Of a stretch of 64,000 nt of DNA, positions 39,719 to 50,540 are shown piece by piece (position 1 is the first letter of the stretch; each line of letters begins with the position of its first letter). Location: NCBI GenBank assembly GCA_965219445.1, contig CBDCNQ010000004.1, positions 512,001 through 576,000 on the forward strand. The letters run 5' to 3'. A model generated the notes under the pieces. The model made no database searches, was not told where the DNA came from, and was given only the letters and a program-made list of their open reading frames with translations. The position numbers and the translations under genes are program-made. This DNA is from Longimicrobiales bacterium (GTDB lineage: Bacteria > Gemmatimonadota > Gemmatimonadetes > Longimicrobiales > Gaopeijiaceae).

Positions 39719-40878
39719 GCCTGGGTGAAGGCCTCTTTGACCCGGGACCATATGCTCCTGCCGGAGTCTCCATCGAGTTGCTCGGGCGCCGGCTCCTCCA
39801 GGTCACGAAGTGTACGAATCGCTTCCTCCTGGTCGGGCGTCAGCCGCTCCGGCGTCCACACCACGATTCGTACCAGTTGGTCCCCCTTACCGCGCCCATG
39901 GAGCTCTGGAAGCCCCTGGCCTTTGAGGCGTAAAACCTCCCCGCTCTGGATCCCCTTCGGAATGGTCAATCTGACCGTCCCGTCCACGGTCGGAACCTCG
40001 GCCTCATCCCCCAAAGCCGCTTGGGAGAAGGTGATGGGCAGTTCGTATCGCAGGTGCGGCCCGTCGCGTACGAATCGGAGGTCCTCCTCCACCTCGATCA
40101 GCACCAGGACATCCCCCCGCGGACCACCCCTCGGTCCCACGTGGCCCTCGCCACGCAAGGTGATGAAGTTCTCGGACGTCACACCCGGTGGGATCTCCAC
40201 CTTGACGGGCCGCTCGGAGCGGGCTCGTCCTTCACCGTGGCACGTGGGGCACGGCTCTTCGATGACACGGCCCTCCCCCCGACACGCGCGGCACGGCACC
40301 ACACTGACGAACTGCCCGAACACCGTTCGCTGCGCCTGACGCACCTCCCCCGACCCCTCACACGTCGCGCACGGAGCCGGGGCGGCTCCGTCGGCACTCC
40401 CGCTTCCCGAACACCGCTCGCAGGTGTCCAGGATCGCCACCTTCAGCGTCTTGGTTACACCCGTGGCCACCTCCTGGAGGGAGACGCGTACCCTGACCTT
40501 GATTGCCTGGCCTTGTGGCGCCGACCGCGATCCGCCTCTCTGCTGCCTTCCGCCGAAAAGGTCCTCGATCCCCCCGAAACCCCCGAAATCCCTCATGAAG
40601 ACCTCGAGCGCGTCGGAGAAGTCGAAACCCCCGAATCCGCCCGCCCCACCCGCACCGCGCTTCAGCCCCTGCTCTCCGTACTGATCGTAGATCGAGCGCT
40701 TCTCAGAATCTGAGAGAACTTCGTAGGCCTCGGTCACCTGCTTGAACCGGTCGTCGTTCTCCTTCGAGTCCTGGTTCCGATCGGGATGGTACTTCAAGGC
40801 TAGCTTACGGTACGCCCTCTTGATCTCGTCCGTGCCGGCGCCCTTTGAGACGCCCAGCAAGTCATAGTAGTCGGCCAT
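39715..40878 (-). CDS. dnaJ: Chaperone DnaJ
   Basis: J-domain HPD, G/F-rich region, four CxxCxGxG repeats. Confidence 0.97.
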   Translation of the reverse strand: MADYYDLLGVSKGAGTDEIKRAYRKLALKYHPDRNQDSKENDDRFKQVTEAYEVLSDSEKRSIYDQYGEQGLKRGAGGAGGFGGFDFSDALEVFMRDFGGFGGIEDLFGGRQQRGGSRSAPQGQAIKVRVRVSLQEVATGVTKTLKVAILDTCERCSGSGSADGAAPAPCATCEGSGEVRQAQRTVFGQFVSVVPCRACRGEGRVIEEPCPTCHGEGRARSERPVKVEIPPGVTSENFITLRGEGHVGPRGGPRGDVLVLIEVEEDLRFVRDGPHLRYELPITFSQAALGDEAEVPTVDGTVRLTIPKGIQSGEVLRLKGQGLPELHGRGKGDQLVRIVVWTPERLTPDQEEAIRTLRDLEEPAPEQLDGDSGRSIWSRVKEAFTQA

Positions 40879-40915
40879 TTATCTGCGTGAGAATCCGGTT
40901 CGGTGTGGTGTTCCG

Positions 40916-41986
40916 CTAGACACCGAGAACACTGTTGACGAGCGTCGACGTATAGTCGACGATCGCGATCACCTTTTCGTACGGCATCCGGGTGGGACCG
41001 ATCACGCCGATCACACCCTTGAGTTGTCCGACCCGGTATTCCGCTGTAACCAGCGTGAAATCGGACAGGGCCTCCTCAGGATTTTCGCTCCCGATGGTGA
41101 TCTTTAGTCCGCCCTTGTGCTCCCGGTTCCCCAGGACGTCGGCAAGCAGAGCCCTTTGCTCCGTCAGCTCGATGAGCCCTTTGAGTCGCTCTCCAGTGTT
41201 GAACTCAGGCTGAGAAGCGAGGACACTGGTCTGGCCGAGATGGACCTTGCCCTCTTGCAGCGGCGTCCAGTCGAGCAGCTCGGAGCCGGACTGAATGAAG
41301 ATATTCAAGAGTTCGTTGGCCCCTCCACCGCCCATCCCCGTATCCCTCAGACGGTCAGGCAGGGTCTTCCTTATCGCCTGAAGCGTCAGGCCCGCGAGCC
41401 GCTCATTGAGGACCTGCGTCACACTCGCCAGAACGTCGGGCTGAACCTCGCCTGGTAGATCGACGTAAACCGTGTGGACGAACCCGCTCTTTATGGACAT
41501 CACCATCAAGATCTTCGCGCTCGAGACCTGAATCAGCTCGAGTCGCTCAAGGATCGCCTCCTCCAGACTTGGAGCGACAGCCACGCCCAACTCTCTCGAA
41601 AGGAGGCTGAGAGCCCGGATCGCACGCTGTACGAGTCTCTCGACCGCCGAAGATCCACCGATCTCGATCTCCTGGACGAGGCGCTGACGCTCCACGTCGG
41701 TCAGCGGCTGCGGCCGCATGATCCGGTCGACGTAGAAGCGGTATGCGTGGTCTGTCGGGATGCGCCCGGCGGAGGTGTGCCGATGGAAGAGATACCCCTT
41801 GGTCTCGAGGTCGCTCATCGTATTCCGCACGGTAGCCGGCGATACTCCGAGATTGAACCTCTTTGCCAACGTTCGACTCCCGGCCGGCTCCGCGAAGTCC
41901 ACGTACGTACGGACCACGGCCTCGAGCACGCGTCGTTCGCGCTCCGAGAGATCCTGACCGATCGGTTGGGGGTTATCTGGACTCAT
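40916..41986 (-). CDS. hrcA: Heat-inducible transcription repressor HrcA
   Basis: EPAGSR, SPATVRNTMSDLE, HTSAGRIPT..YRFYVD, IGPTRMPY. Confidence 0.96.
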   Translation of the reverse strand: MSPDNPQPIGQDLSERERRVLEAVVRTYVDFAEPAGSRTLAKRFNLGVSPATVRNTMSDLETKGYLFHRHTSAGRIPTDHAYRFYVDRIMRPQPLTDVERQRLVQEIEIGGSSAVERLVQRAIRALSLLSRELGVAVAPSLEEAILERLELIQVSSAKILMVMSIKSGFVHTVYVDLPGEVQPDVLASVTQVLNERLAGLTLQAIRKTLPDRLRDTGMGGGGANELLNIFIQSGSELLDWTPLQEGKVHLGQTSVLASQPEFNTGERLKGLIELTEQRALLADVLGNREHKGGLKITIGSENPEEALSDFTLVTAEYRVGQLKGVIGVIGPTRMPYEKVIAIVDYTSTLVNSVLGV

Positions 41987-42049
41987 TCTTAAGAATATCG
42001 AGAAACGGCATTTGGCGCGCTGGAAGATCGAATTTCCGACAGCATCCAG

Positions 42050-43240
42050 TCAACGCCCTATCTCGAGTTCCGAGTCCAGTTCCACGGTGAGGTGATCCAT
42101 GACCAGCCATCCCCTTGGCGTCAGTCGCACGACATCTCCTTCCGCCTCCGCCAGAGCCCTCTCCTCCCAACGTGCCGCCCGATCTCTTGCGGAGGAGGGC
42201 AAATCCCGCAAAGCGATCCCCCGCCTCGTCCTCAGCCCCAACCAGATCCGCTCCAGCCGGACTTCACCCACGCCGAGCTTCTCCTCATCGGCCACCGGCG
42301 GTCCGAGGCCGTCCGTGCCGGCCCGGTAAGCATCCCAATCTCGAGTGTTCCATCTGCGGATCGGATGCCGGTAGCCATGCGCTCCGTTTCCCAACCCGAC
42401 GTACGGTTCTCCCGACCAGTAGACCGAGTTGTGCCGAGAGGCGCGTCCCGGCCGAGCGAAGTTGGACACCTCATAAGCCTCGTATCCGGCTTCCGCCAGC
42501 CGATCCACAGCCAGAAGGTACTCCTCCTCGTACCCTTCCTCGGAGGGAAGGGTCTCACGACCCTCGGCCACCGCGCGACCCAGGGGCGTGGCGGACTCGA
42601 CACTCAGGCCATACAGGCTCACATGATCGGGTTCGAGGGCAAGCGTGTCGTCCAGGTCGCGCTCCCACTCTCGCTCCAGATGACTGGGTAAGCCGAAGAT
42701 CAGATCGACACTCAGGTTGGTGAAGCCTGCCGCACGCGCGATCTGGACCGCCGCACGGGCTCCGTCGGCTTCATGCAACCGTCCCATCCACTTGAGTGAT
42801 GGCTCGTGAAAGCTCTGGATCCCAAGGCTGATCCGGTTGACGCCGGCGCGCCGCCATCCGGTCGCTACGTCCCGGGTAAAGCTCTCCGGATTCGCCTCGG
42901 CGGTCCACTCGAGGTCGTGGTGCTCAAGGCGCTCCTCTCCGATTACAGTCGAGAGTCCGTCCATCGCCAACGCGCCGAGTAGGGAGGGCGTCCCCCCGCC
43001 GACGTACAGCGTGTCGAGCGTGTTGTCCAATACGAACGCCCCCTCCCGCTCCAGGGCGCGGACCTCCGCTCTCAAGGCGTCCAGCCACGCGTCACAATCC
43101 GCCGACGAGACTTTCACGGCAAAATCACAGTAGAAGCACCGGCGGGTACAGAACGGAGCATGCACATAGACGGATCGGATGGGGCCGGGTTCCGGGGGAG
43201 GATCGAGGATCCGGACCGCATCCGGCACCGACGGTTTCAT
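42050..43240 (-). CDS. hemW: Radical SAM heme chaperone HemW (HemN-like)
   Basis: YVHAPFCTRRCFYCDF, GGGTPS, EANP, YEVSNF, HN..YW; directly upstream of hrcA. Confidence 0.9.
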   Translation of the reverse strand: MKPSVPDAVRILDPPPEPGPIRSVYVHAPFCTRRCFYCDFAVKVSSADCDAWLDALRAEVRALEREGAFVLDNTLDTLYVGGGTPSLLGALAMDGLSTVIGEERLEHHDLEWTAEANPESFTRDVATGWRRAGVNRISLGIQSFHEPSLKWMGRLHEADGARAAVQIARAAGFTNLSVDLIFGLPSHLEREWERDLDDTLALEPDHVSLYGLSVESATPLGRAVAEGRETLPSEEGYEEEYLLAVDRLAEAGYEAYEVSNFARPGRASRHNSVYWSGEPYVGLGNGAHGYRHPIRRWNTRDWDAYRAGTDGLGPPVADEEKLGVGEVRLERIWLGLRTRRGIALRDLPSSARDRAARWEERALAEAEGDVVRLTPRGWLVMDHLTVELDSELEIGR

Positions 43241-44387
43241 CAAGACGCCCGCCGAAACCGCATCCCGGATTCCTGCACCACGAGTCCTGAAACTTGGAGG
43301 ATCGTGAGCGCCGACAGGACGTGGGCGGACTGCAGATCCGCACCGGACGCGAGGTCATCGATCCCGAGTGACCGCTCGCTCAAGGCGAGCCAAACGCGAC
43401 GCGCCTCGTCATCGAGACCGGCCGGCACCGGGTCCTGGGCATCCTCCGACACGCCACAGGCCCGGAACTCCGACGATGATCCACACACCAAGCCGAGGTC
43501 CCGCCCGAACTCCTCGGGAGAGGTGATCACCTGTGCTCCCTGGCGGATCAACGTGTTGCATCCCCGACTCTGCGGAGCGTCGAGCGCACCCGGTACCGCA
43601 TACACGTCACGCCCCAGATCGAGGGCATGCTCTACCGTAATCAGGGCACCACTTTTCTCGGCCGCTTCGACGACCACGACCGCACCGCCCAATGCGGCCA
43701 AAATTCTATTCCTCCGAGGAAAGTGATGGGGCCGAGCCGGTTCTCCGGGTAGGAATTCCGAAAGGAGCAGCCCCTCGTGGACGATGCGCTCGCCGAGTCG
43801 ACGATGGGAGGCCGGCTGGATCAAGTCGACACCAGAGCCGAGAGCACCGCGATCGTGTCCCCACCCGCCTCGAGGGCACCACGGTGTGAAGCCCCGTCTA
43901 TGCCGAGTGCCAATCCACTCACAACGGTGATCCCTCGAATCGCCATCTGAGCCGCCAGAGCCTCTGCGCTTCGGCGTCCGTACACCGTAGAACGGCGAGA
44001 ACCGACGATGGTCACCGAGGGTCTCCCGAGCAACTCCAGACGCCCCCGCGCGAACAAAACAGGCGGCGGGTCGACGAGATGGCCCAGCTTCTCGGGGTAC
44101 CCTTCATCCGACCACAGCAGGATCTCGATTGCGCGCGCGCGACATCGGTCCAAGGCATCGCACACCTTACGGTCGAGATCGGGGGATGCGAGCGCCTCGC
44201 TGCACCTCGTTCCCGCTGCCGAGTCGAGGTCCCCCGGCCGGACATCCAGCGCTTGCCTGCCGGAGCCGAACCGCGTGAGGATCCGCCAAAGCGCCCGCGT
44301 GCCTACGCCAGGTACGCAGCCGAGCCGCAGGACCGACTCGATTTCGCTAACTCGCGGCGATGAACTCACGTTCAGGGAGTTCCCCAA
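43240..44387 (-). pseudogene. dprA: DNA-processing protein DprA split by a 2-bp frameshift (ORFs 43821-44387 and 43240-43824)
   Basis: N-part has YP..L..DPPPVL, IVGSR and VSGLALGIDGASH; C-part has SEF, FPRRNRI, VVEA..SGALIT and GCNTLI. Removing one CT from GTG CTC TCG GCT restores AVLGSGVDLIQP. Confidence 0.85.
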
Positions 44388-45400
44388 TCCTCATCTCCCG
44401 CGCCAGCGGCTCCTTTTTCGATGACGTCTCGAACCGCCGCCCACAGCCCCCCCAGGAGGGCCGGGAGACCCGTCTGGGCCACGGAGGACACGGTGTAGAC
44501 CCCCCATGCCTCCCGAGCGTCCAACGTCGGAGGATTGTCTCCTGGCGCGAGGAGGTCGGCCTTGGTCAACACGACGCAGTGCGGCCTCGCCCCCAGTTCC
44601 TCTGAATAGGAGGAGAGCTCTTCCCGTAGCTCCCGATAGATCTGGCCGGGGTCTGGCACGTCGACCGGAATCATCAAGGCCAACGTGCGAGTCCGCTCGA
44701 TATGGCGGAGGAACTGAAGGCCTAGCCCCTTTCCCTCGTGGGCGCCCTCAACGATGCCCGGGATGTCCGCCACCGCGAAGCTGCGGAAATCGGGCAGCTC
44801 CACGATCCCCAGGTTCGGGGCCAGTGTCGTGAACGGGTATTCCGCCACCTTCGGTCGCGCCTTAGACACGGCCGCCAGAAACGTCGACTTACCCGCGTTG
44901 GGCTCCCCAACGAGCCCGACGTCGGCGATCAGCTTGAGCTCGACTTCCACGCGCCGTTCTTTGCCGGGCCGGCCCGGTTCCCACCTTGTCGGCGTCTGAT
45001 TCGTGGGCGACGTGAAGTGCACGTTTCCCCTTCCCCCCCGCCCCCCCCGGGCGACCACAATCCGGTCACCCGGCCCGAGCAATTCTCCGAGAACGACCTC
45101 CGTATCGGCGTCCTTGACTACGGTACCCGGCGGGACCAGAACGATCAGATCGTCCCCGCTCTTGCCGGTCTTGTTCTTCCCCGAGCCATGAAGGCCGCGC
45201 TCCGCGCGGTGATGCTGCCGGTAGCGGAGGTCCAGAAGGGTCGAGAGTTGCGCGTCGGCCACCATGACCACACTTCCACCGTTTCCGCCGTCCCCCCCGG
45301 CGGGTCCGCCGCGCGGCACGCCCTTCTCCCTCCGATACGCTTCAGAGCCCGCTCCCCCTGCCCCTCCGTACACATTGATGACCACACGATCGACGAACAT
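44372..45400 (-). CDS. obgE: GTPase ObgE/CgtA (short form, no long C-terminal domain)
   Basis: MFVD, GGPAGGDGGNGG, GEPNAGKS, YPFTT, DIPG, TKAD. Confidence 0.96.
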   Translation of the reverse strand: MFVDRVVINVYGGAGGAGSEAYRREKGVPRGGPAGGDGGNGGSVVMVADAQLSTLLDLRYRQHHRAERGLHGSGKNKTGKSGDDLIVLVPPGTVVKDADTEVVLGELLGPGDRIVVARGGRGGRGNVHFTSPTNQTPTRWEPGRPGKERRVEVELKLIADVGLVGEPNAGKSTFLAAVSKARPKVAEYPFTTLAPNLGIVELPDFRSFAVADIPGIVEGAHEGKGLGLQFLRHIERTRTLALMIPVDVPDPGQIYRELREELSSYSEELGARPHCVVLTKADLLAPGDNPPTLDAREAWGVYTVSSVAQTGLPALLGGLWAAVRDVIEKGAAGAGDEDWGTP

Positions 45401-46002
45401 CAGCCGGCGTATCTCGCCTTGACTTTCTCCCAAAGCACCGCTGCGGCTCTGCTGCCCTCGTCATCGAGAAACCGCTCGGCCTCGGCCAACGCCGTCTCCA
45501 CGTCCGCAGGAAGGGCACCAACGTTCAACGCGCCACGAAGGTGGGAGTAAAGCTGCTTCGACGCACCCGTTACGGCGAGCGTGGCCACGATGCACAACTC
45601 TCGCATCACGAGCGCCAGGCCGGGCCTGCCCAGGACCTTCCCGTATCCCTCCACCACCATCCACTGGTCCAAATCGGGGTGAAGCGCCCGCACACCTTCT
45701 CTGAGTCGCTCATATTGATCCGAGTACACTGCCCCACATGCCTCACGACCGCGCTCCTCCCACACAGGGTAGTCGAGCGCGGTCGGTTCGGAGGGATCAC
45801 GACCCGTCAAATGGCGCCAAGCCTCCATACCGCTGAGTGATACGGGGAAACCGAGGAAGAGATACGACTGAAGGAGCACTTCCTCCACCTCCGAGTCCTC
45901 CCCGACTTCGAGGGCGTGGGAGAGGGCGTCGACCACGGCCACCTCATCAGCCGACGCCAGAGCCCCGCTGATCCGGATCAAGGCACGGTCACCGTCCGTC
46001 AT
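45400..46002 (-). CDS. Carboxymuconolactone decarboxylase/AhpD-like family protein
   Basis: LQSYLFLGFP, YGKVLGRPGL..RELCIVA.L, QLYSHLRGALNVG. Confidence 0.75.
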   Translation of the reverse strand: MTDGDRALIRISGALASADEVAVVDALSHALEVGEDSEVEEVLLQSYLFLGFPVSLSGMEAWRHLTGRDPSEPTALDYPVWEERGREACGAVYSDQYERLREGVRALHPDLDQWMVVEGYGKVLGRPGLALVMRELCIVATLAVTGASKQLYSHLRGALNVGALPADVETALAEAERFLDDEGSRAAAVLWEKVKARYAG

Positions 46003-46087
46003 CCGTGCCCCTCCAGTCTCATGGCCGGACCTCTCGGACGTCAGTGAACATTATCGGATGTACCGGGCAGCCGAAGGGTGGGTTGGG

Positions 46088-47788
46088 TCAGTTCAGGCCC
46101 GAGGCGCTGGAAGCGGACGCACCCACACGCGTCGCAGTCTGGAGCGATCCCGCGGCGTCTGCCAAACCGAAAAGGGCCTCTGGCGAATCCGCCTGCTTCA
46201 AGATTTCGATCGCATCGTTGAGCTGTCTGTCGTTCCCTCGAGTATGGAGGAACGCACGCTCTTCATCCCACGCCTGGAGGGCGATCTGGCGCTCGAGCTG
46301 GTACGTCACGAAGCGCATGGCCGTCACGAAGTCGGATTCGTCCAGCTCCACCTCGTGCTCATCGACAAGAGTCCGATAGAAACGATCCAGATCCGCCGTA
46401 GGAATAGTGAACCCGGATTCGAGATCCGGGTGATCCTGTACGTAAGTGACGGCGTGGTTGAACACAGCAGTGGCGAATACACCCGCCGCACGGAAGAGGC
46501 GCTGGACCGCCGCCTGTTCAACTGACGAGAGAGTATCCGGCAGTACTACGAGATCGGGCGTGATGCCACCCCCGGCATAGAGCGTGCGCCCGCCCAAAGA
46601 CTCCACGGTCGGCCGGTCATCGGGAGCCTCCTTGAGGACCCGCTCCCCACCCAGGCCCAACGCCGAAAGCTGGCCCGGGCCGTCCTCCACCGCCTCATCC
46701 TGCACGATCTGAATCGACCGCCCCACCGGAGTATACCAGCGCGCAGTCGTGAGCCTGAGGATATTCCCACCGCTGAGTCGGTACAGAGTCTGTACGGAAC
46801 CCTTTCCATAGGTCCGGTTCCCGACCACGAGGGCGCGGTCGTGGTCCTGGAGCGCGCCGGCAACGATCTCGGAAGCACTCGCGCTGTTTTCGTTCACTAG
46901 AACGACCAACGGAAGCCCAGGAGCCATCTCCGGGCTCACCGCGCCGAAGTTCTGATTCTGCCCCGAGGCTCGCCCACGGGTCTCCAGGATCGGGGCCCCG
47001 TCTGCGAGGAACAGGTCCGCCACCCCCACCCCCTCCTCGAGCAGTCCCCCGGGATTGTTCCGTAGATCCAATATCAGGGATGTCAGACCCTCTTCTTGGA
47101 GGCGCTCGATCGCACCGCGCACCTCGCTCCCGGACGTCTCACTGAAAACCCGGAGCGGGATGTACCCGACACCCTCGTCCACCATCGTGGCGAACCGAAC
47201 GGAAAGAAGCTCGATCCGCGCACGGGTCAAGGTGAACGGAATGGGCTCATCCACTCCCGGCCGATCGATCAGCAGATCTACGTCGGTCCCGGGAGTCCCC
47301 CTCAGCAGATTCGCTGCCTGGTCGGTCTCCCAATCCGCGGCCGACATACCCTCCACCTCTATGACCCGGTCACCGGCTCGTATCCCGGCCCGCCCCGCCG
47401 GCCCCCCGGGGATCGGCGCGATGACAGTCACCCACCCATCCCGATTCAGGATCTCGAGACCCACGCCTCCGTAGTCTGCGTCCGCCCCGCTCCGGAACCG
47501 GAATCCATCCCACGTTTCAGCGTCGATAAAGGATGTGTGGGGGTCATTCAACTCTCCAAGAACGCCCTCGATGGCGGACCCGATGAGCCCCGAACGGTCC
47601 ACCGGATCGACGTACTGCTCCGTGACGTGATCCAGAACTTCCTGGAATAGCCTCGCTTGGAGATATACGTTGGCCTCCTGCTCGACCCCTCGCTGGAGAA
47701 ACCAACCGCCGGTAATGAGGGCGACGACAAGCACGATCGGCGGTCCCCAAGCCAATCGTGTACCCCTCATATCATCGTTTTCGGACAT
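46088..47788 (-). CDS. S41 C-terminal processing peptidase (CtpA-like)
   Basis: DPHT, PDZ GVG..P..GGPA.RAGI, LDLRNNPGG, SASASEI, TYGKGSVQ. Confidence 0.93.
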   Translation of the reverse strand: MSENDDMRGTRLAWGPPIVLVVALITGGWFLQRGVEQEANVYLQARLFQEVLDHVTEQYVDPVDRSGLIGSAIEGVLGELNDPHTSFIDAETWDGFRFRSGADADYGGVGLEILNRDGWVTVIAPIPGGPAGRAGIRAGDRVIEVEGMSAADWETDQAANLLRGTPGTDVDLLIDRPGVDEPIPFTLTRARIELLSVRFATMVDEGVGYIPLRVFSETSGSEVRGAIERLQEEGLTSLILDLRNNPGGLLEEGVGVADLFLADGAPILETRGRASGQNQNFGAVSPEMAPGLPLVVLVNENSASASEIVAGALQDHDRALVVGNRTYGKGSVQTLYRLSGGNILRLTTARWYTPVGRSIQIVQDEAVEDGPGQLSALGLGGERVLKEAPDDRPTVESLGGRTLYAGGGITPDLVVLPDTLSSVEQAAVQRLFRAAGVFATAVFNHAVTYVQDHPDLESGFTIPTADLDRFYRTLVDEHEVELDESDFVTAMRFVTYQLERQIALQAWDEERAFLHTRGNDRQLNDAIEILKQADSPEALFGLADAAGSLQTATRVGASASSASGLN

Positions 47789-47842
47789 CGCTCAAATCCG
47801 TCTCGTCGTCCGCCCATCCATTCCGCGCACCTATCAAGAGAA

Positions 47843-48514
47843 CTAATCCCGACAGATGACGAAAGTTTCCGGCAAATCTCGGCGCAAAACCTCACGCACT
47901 CTCACGTGGACTTCGAGCGGCGTTCCGAGAGCGTCCACCAGCCGGACGGTCTCGTCTGTAGCCGCCAGTTCACGATAGCCCCTCCCGACCGCTTCCAGAA
48001 ACCCTTCACCGGAACTCTCCAAGCGATCCTCTCTCTTTCCCGCAGCCCTCTGCCGAGCTCTGCCCTCCGATACCGGTAAGTCGAGCACGACATAGACGTC
48101 GGGAACCAATCCGCCGGAGGCAAATCGATCCATCTGGCGAATTTCGTCGAGGTTGAGTCCCCGACCATATCCTTGATAAGCGTAAGTCGACAACGAAAAA
48201 CGGTCGCCGATCAAGAGTTCGCCCCGTTCGAGGACAGGGAGCGCCAACTCCTTCACAAACGCCGTGCGAGCGGCCAGATAAAGCAAGAGCTCAGTCTCGG
48301 GAGGAATCGATAGCTCAGGTCTGCCCTGCACCACGCTCCGGATCGCCTCTCCCACCTCGGTGCCGCCAGGCTCTCGAGTCAGCGTGAACGGGATTCCGCA
48401 GGATTCCAGCCATTCGCCCAACATTCGAGCTTGCGTGCTCTTGCCCGCCCCTTCGACCCCCTCCAGCACCACGAACCGTCCCCGGTTCGACTCCCCATCC
48501 GGTCGCTCCGTCAT
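47843..48514 (-). CDS. tmk: Thymidylate kinase
   Basis: EGVEGAGKSTQ, TREPGG, DRF..STYAYQG. Confidence 0.96.
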   Translation of the reverse strand: MTERPDGESNRGRFVVLEGVEGAGKSTQARMLGEWLESCGIPFTLTREPGGTEVGEAIRSVVQGRPELSIPPETELLLYLAARTAFVKELALPVLERGELLIGDRFSLSTYAYQGYGRGLNLDEIRQMDRFASGGLVPDVYVVLDLPVSEGRARQRAAGKREDRLESSGEGFLEAVGRGYRELAATDETVRLVDALGTPLEVHVRVREVLRRDLPETFVICRD

Positions 48515-48518
48515 TCCC

Positions 48519-49832
48519 CTACTCGTAATACTCGCGGCCCAAATGCGTGATCTGCTCCTCTCCGGCGAGCCAGCGGAGCGTGTTCTTCAGCTTCCAGTTC
48601 TGAATGAAAAGATCATGCTCCGGATAGAGACCCGGGGCGCACTGTGGGCTCTTGAAGTAGAACGAAAGCCACTCTTGGATTCCCCCCAACCCGGCGCGGC
48701 CCGCAAGGTCCAGGAACAAAGCCAAATCGAGAACGAGCGGGGCGGCAAGGATCGAGTCCTTGCACAAGAAATCGACCTTGATCTGCATGTGGTATCCCAG
48801 CCACCCGAAGATGTCGATGTTGTCCCAACCCTCCTTGTCGTCTCCGCGCGGCGGGTAGTAGTTGATCCGGACTTTGTGATAGATGTCCCCATACAGCTCC
48901 GGGTACAGGTCCGGTTGAAGAACGTGATCGATCACGCCCAGCTTCGACTCTTCCTTGGTCTTGAAGCTCGCGGGATCATCCAGCACGGCCCCGTCCCGGT
49001 TGCCAAGGATATTCGTGCTGAACCAGCCCCTGACACCCAACATGCGAGCCTTGAACCCAGGGGCCAAGATGGTCTTCATGAGCGTCTGGCCGGTCTTGAA
49101 GTCCTTCCCGGCGATGGGCAGGTCATTCTCCTTCGCGTACTGTTCGAACGCTGGGAAGTCAGCGGAAAGATTGGGGGCTCCGTTTGCATAGGGTACGCCC
49201 TCCATCAATGCGGCATAGGCATACAACATGCTCGGCGCGATCGAAGGATCATTCTGCTCCATCGCGTTCTCGAAGGACTCCATGGTCTCATGGGTCGGCC
49301 CCGCCCGGAGGAAGATCTCCGTCGAACCGCACCAAACCATGACCAGGCGGTCGCAGCCGTTCTCCGCCTTGAAATTTCGGATATCCTCGCGGAGCGCCTC
49401 CGCGATTTCACGTTTGTTCGCCCCGGTCTTCTTGTTCGGACCGTCCAGACGGGTCACGTATTCAGTGTCGAACGCGGCCGGCATGGGGACGATAGCGGAC
49501 AGCTCGTCTTTGATCGGATCGAGGTGTTCCGCGGACAGCACACCGGCGTTCACGGCGCTCTCGTACGCGTTGTCCGGGATCGGGTCCCAGCCGCCGAATA
49601 CGATATCGTCCAACCCCGCCAATCCGATGAAATCCTTGATGAGAGGCGTCCGGTTCTCGGTACGCAGGCCCAGACGAATCGTGTTCATCTGAGTGAGACT
49701 CCCGATGGGCGTCGCCAACCTCTTCCGTGTGAGGAGGACCCCCGCGATGGTCGTCGTGGCTACGGCACCCATGCCGGGAAGCAGCACACCGAGTCGCCCG
49801 TCCGCCGGGCGAATCTCAGGACCTTCTTTCAC
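48519..49832 (-). CDS. ino1: Myo-inositol-1-phosphate synthase
   Basis: GMGAVATT, FGGWD, WCGSTE, NGAP, GKDFKTGQT, NILGNRDG, DSILAAPL, YFKSP; GTG 49832 behind AAGGAG. Confidence 0.93.
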   Translation of the reverse strand: MKEGPEIRPADGRLGVLLPGMGAVATTTIAGVLLTRKRLATPIGSLTQMNTIRLGLRTENRTPLIKDFIGLAGLDDIVFGGWDPIPDNAYESAVNAGVLSAEHLDPIKDELSAIVPMPAAFDTEYVTRLDGPNKKTGANKREIAEALREDIRNFKAENGCDRLVMVWCGSTEIFLRAGPTHETMESFENAMEQNDPSIAPSMLYAYAALMEGVPYANGAPNLSADFPAFEQYAKENDLPIAGKDFKTGQTLMKTILAPGFKARMLGVRGWFSTNILGNRDGAVLDDPASFKTKEESKLGVIDHVLQPDLYPELYGDIYHKVRINYYPPRGDDKEGWDNIDIFGWLGYHMQIKVDFLCKDSILAAPLVLDLALFLDLAGRAGLGGIQEWLSFYFKSPQCAPGLYPEHDLFIQNWKLKNTLRWLAGEEQITHLGREYYE

Positions 49833-49881
49833 AGTTGTATCTCCTTGGTCGATCATTCAGTTGATGCCGGAGTTCTTCCGT

Positions 49882-50514
49882 TTACTCGTCGAGCGGTACA
49901 CCGGCAGCTTGCTGATGCACCCAAAGAATTCGGTGAATGGCGGTCGTATTGGTGAGAACGGCAAAAATCACGATGATGGCGCTGAGCACAAGGCCATCCC
50001 AGCTGAGGCCGAAGATCAGCGACCCCACACCCAGAAGGACAATCCGCTCCGCTCTTTGCATGAGGCCGACGGAGCAGTCCAGTCCGAGCGTTTCCGCCCT
50101 CGCGCGGGAATAGCTGATCATGAGAGAACCCGCCATCGCCAGAGCGATCATGTAAATCATACCGATGTTCAGAAGAGACATCTCGTACTGGTTGTAGAGC
50201 GAGATGAGACCGATATAGATCGTGACCTCGCTGATCCGGTCGAGCACGGAATCATAGAAGGCGCCAAACTTGGACTGAAGACCACTGAGTCGGGCCACTC
50301 GACCGTCGAAGATATCGTGGGCTCCACCCAGTAGAACAAGAAATCCCGCAGTGCGAACGTGGTCGATACCATACATGAGGCCAGCCAGGATGGTAACGGC
50401 GAAGCCACTCGTGGTAATGAGATTCGGATGTACCCCTCGCCGTACTAGCCAATGGGTGATTGGGTCGATGGTCGGGTATACCCGATCCCGAAGATCATTC
50501 AGATTCCAGCTCAT
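49882..50514 (-). CDS. CDP-alcohol phosphatidyltransferase, PIP-synthase-like
   Basis: PN.IT, DIFDGRVAR...GAFYDSVLD signature, SYSRARAE and GLMQRAER. Confidence 0.88.
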   Translation of the reverse strand: MSWNLNDLRDRVYPTIDPITHWLVRRGVHPNLITTSGFAVTILAGLMYGIDHVRTAGFLVLLGGAHDIFDGRVARLSGLQSKFGAFYDSVLDRISEVTIYIGLISLYNQYEMSLLNIGMIYMIALAMAGSLMISYSRARAETLGLDCSVGLMQRAERIVLLGVGSLIFGLSWDGLVLSAIIVIFAVLTNTTAIHRILWVHQQAAGVPLDE

Positions 50515-50540
50515 ACGTTATGCGTCACCCTATCACTTCC

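Noticed and set aside
40879..42050. CIRCE element upstream of hrcA or dnaJ
   Set aside because: No TTAGCACTC-N9-GAGTGCTAA match in either intergenic region.
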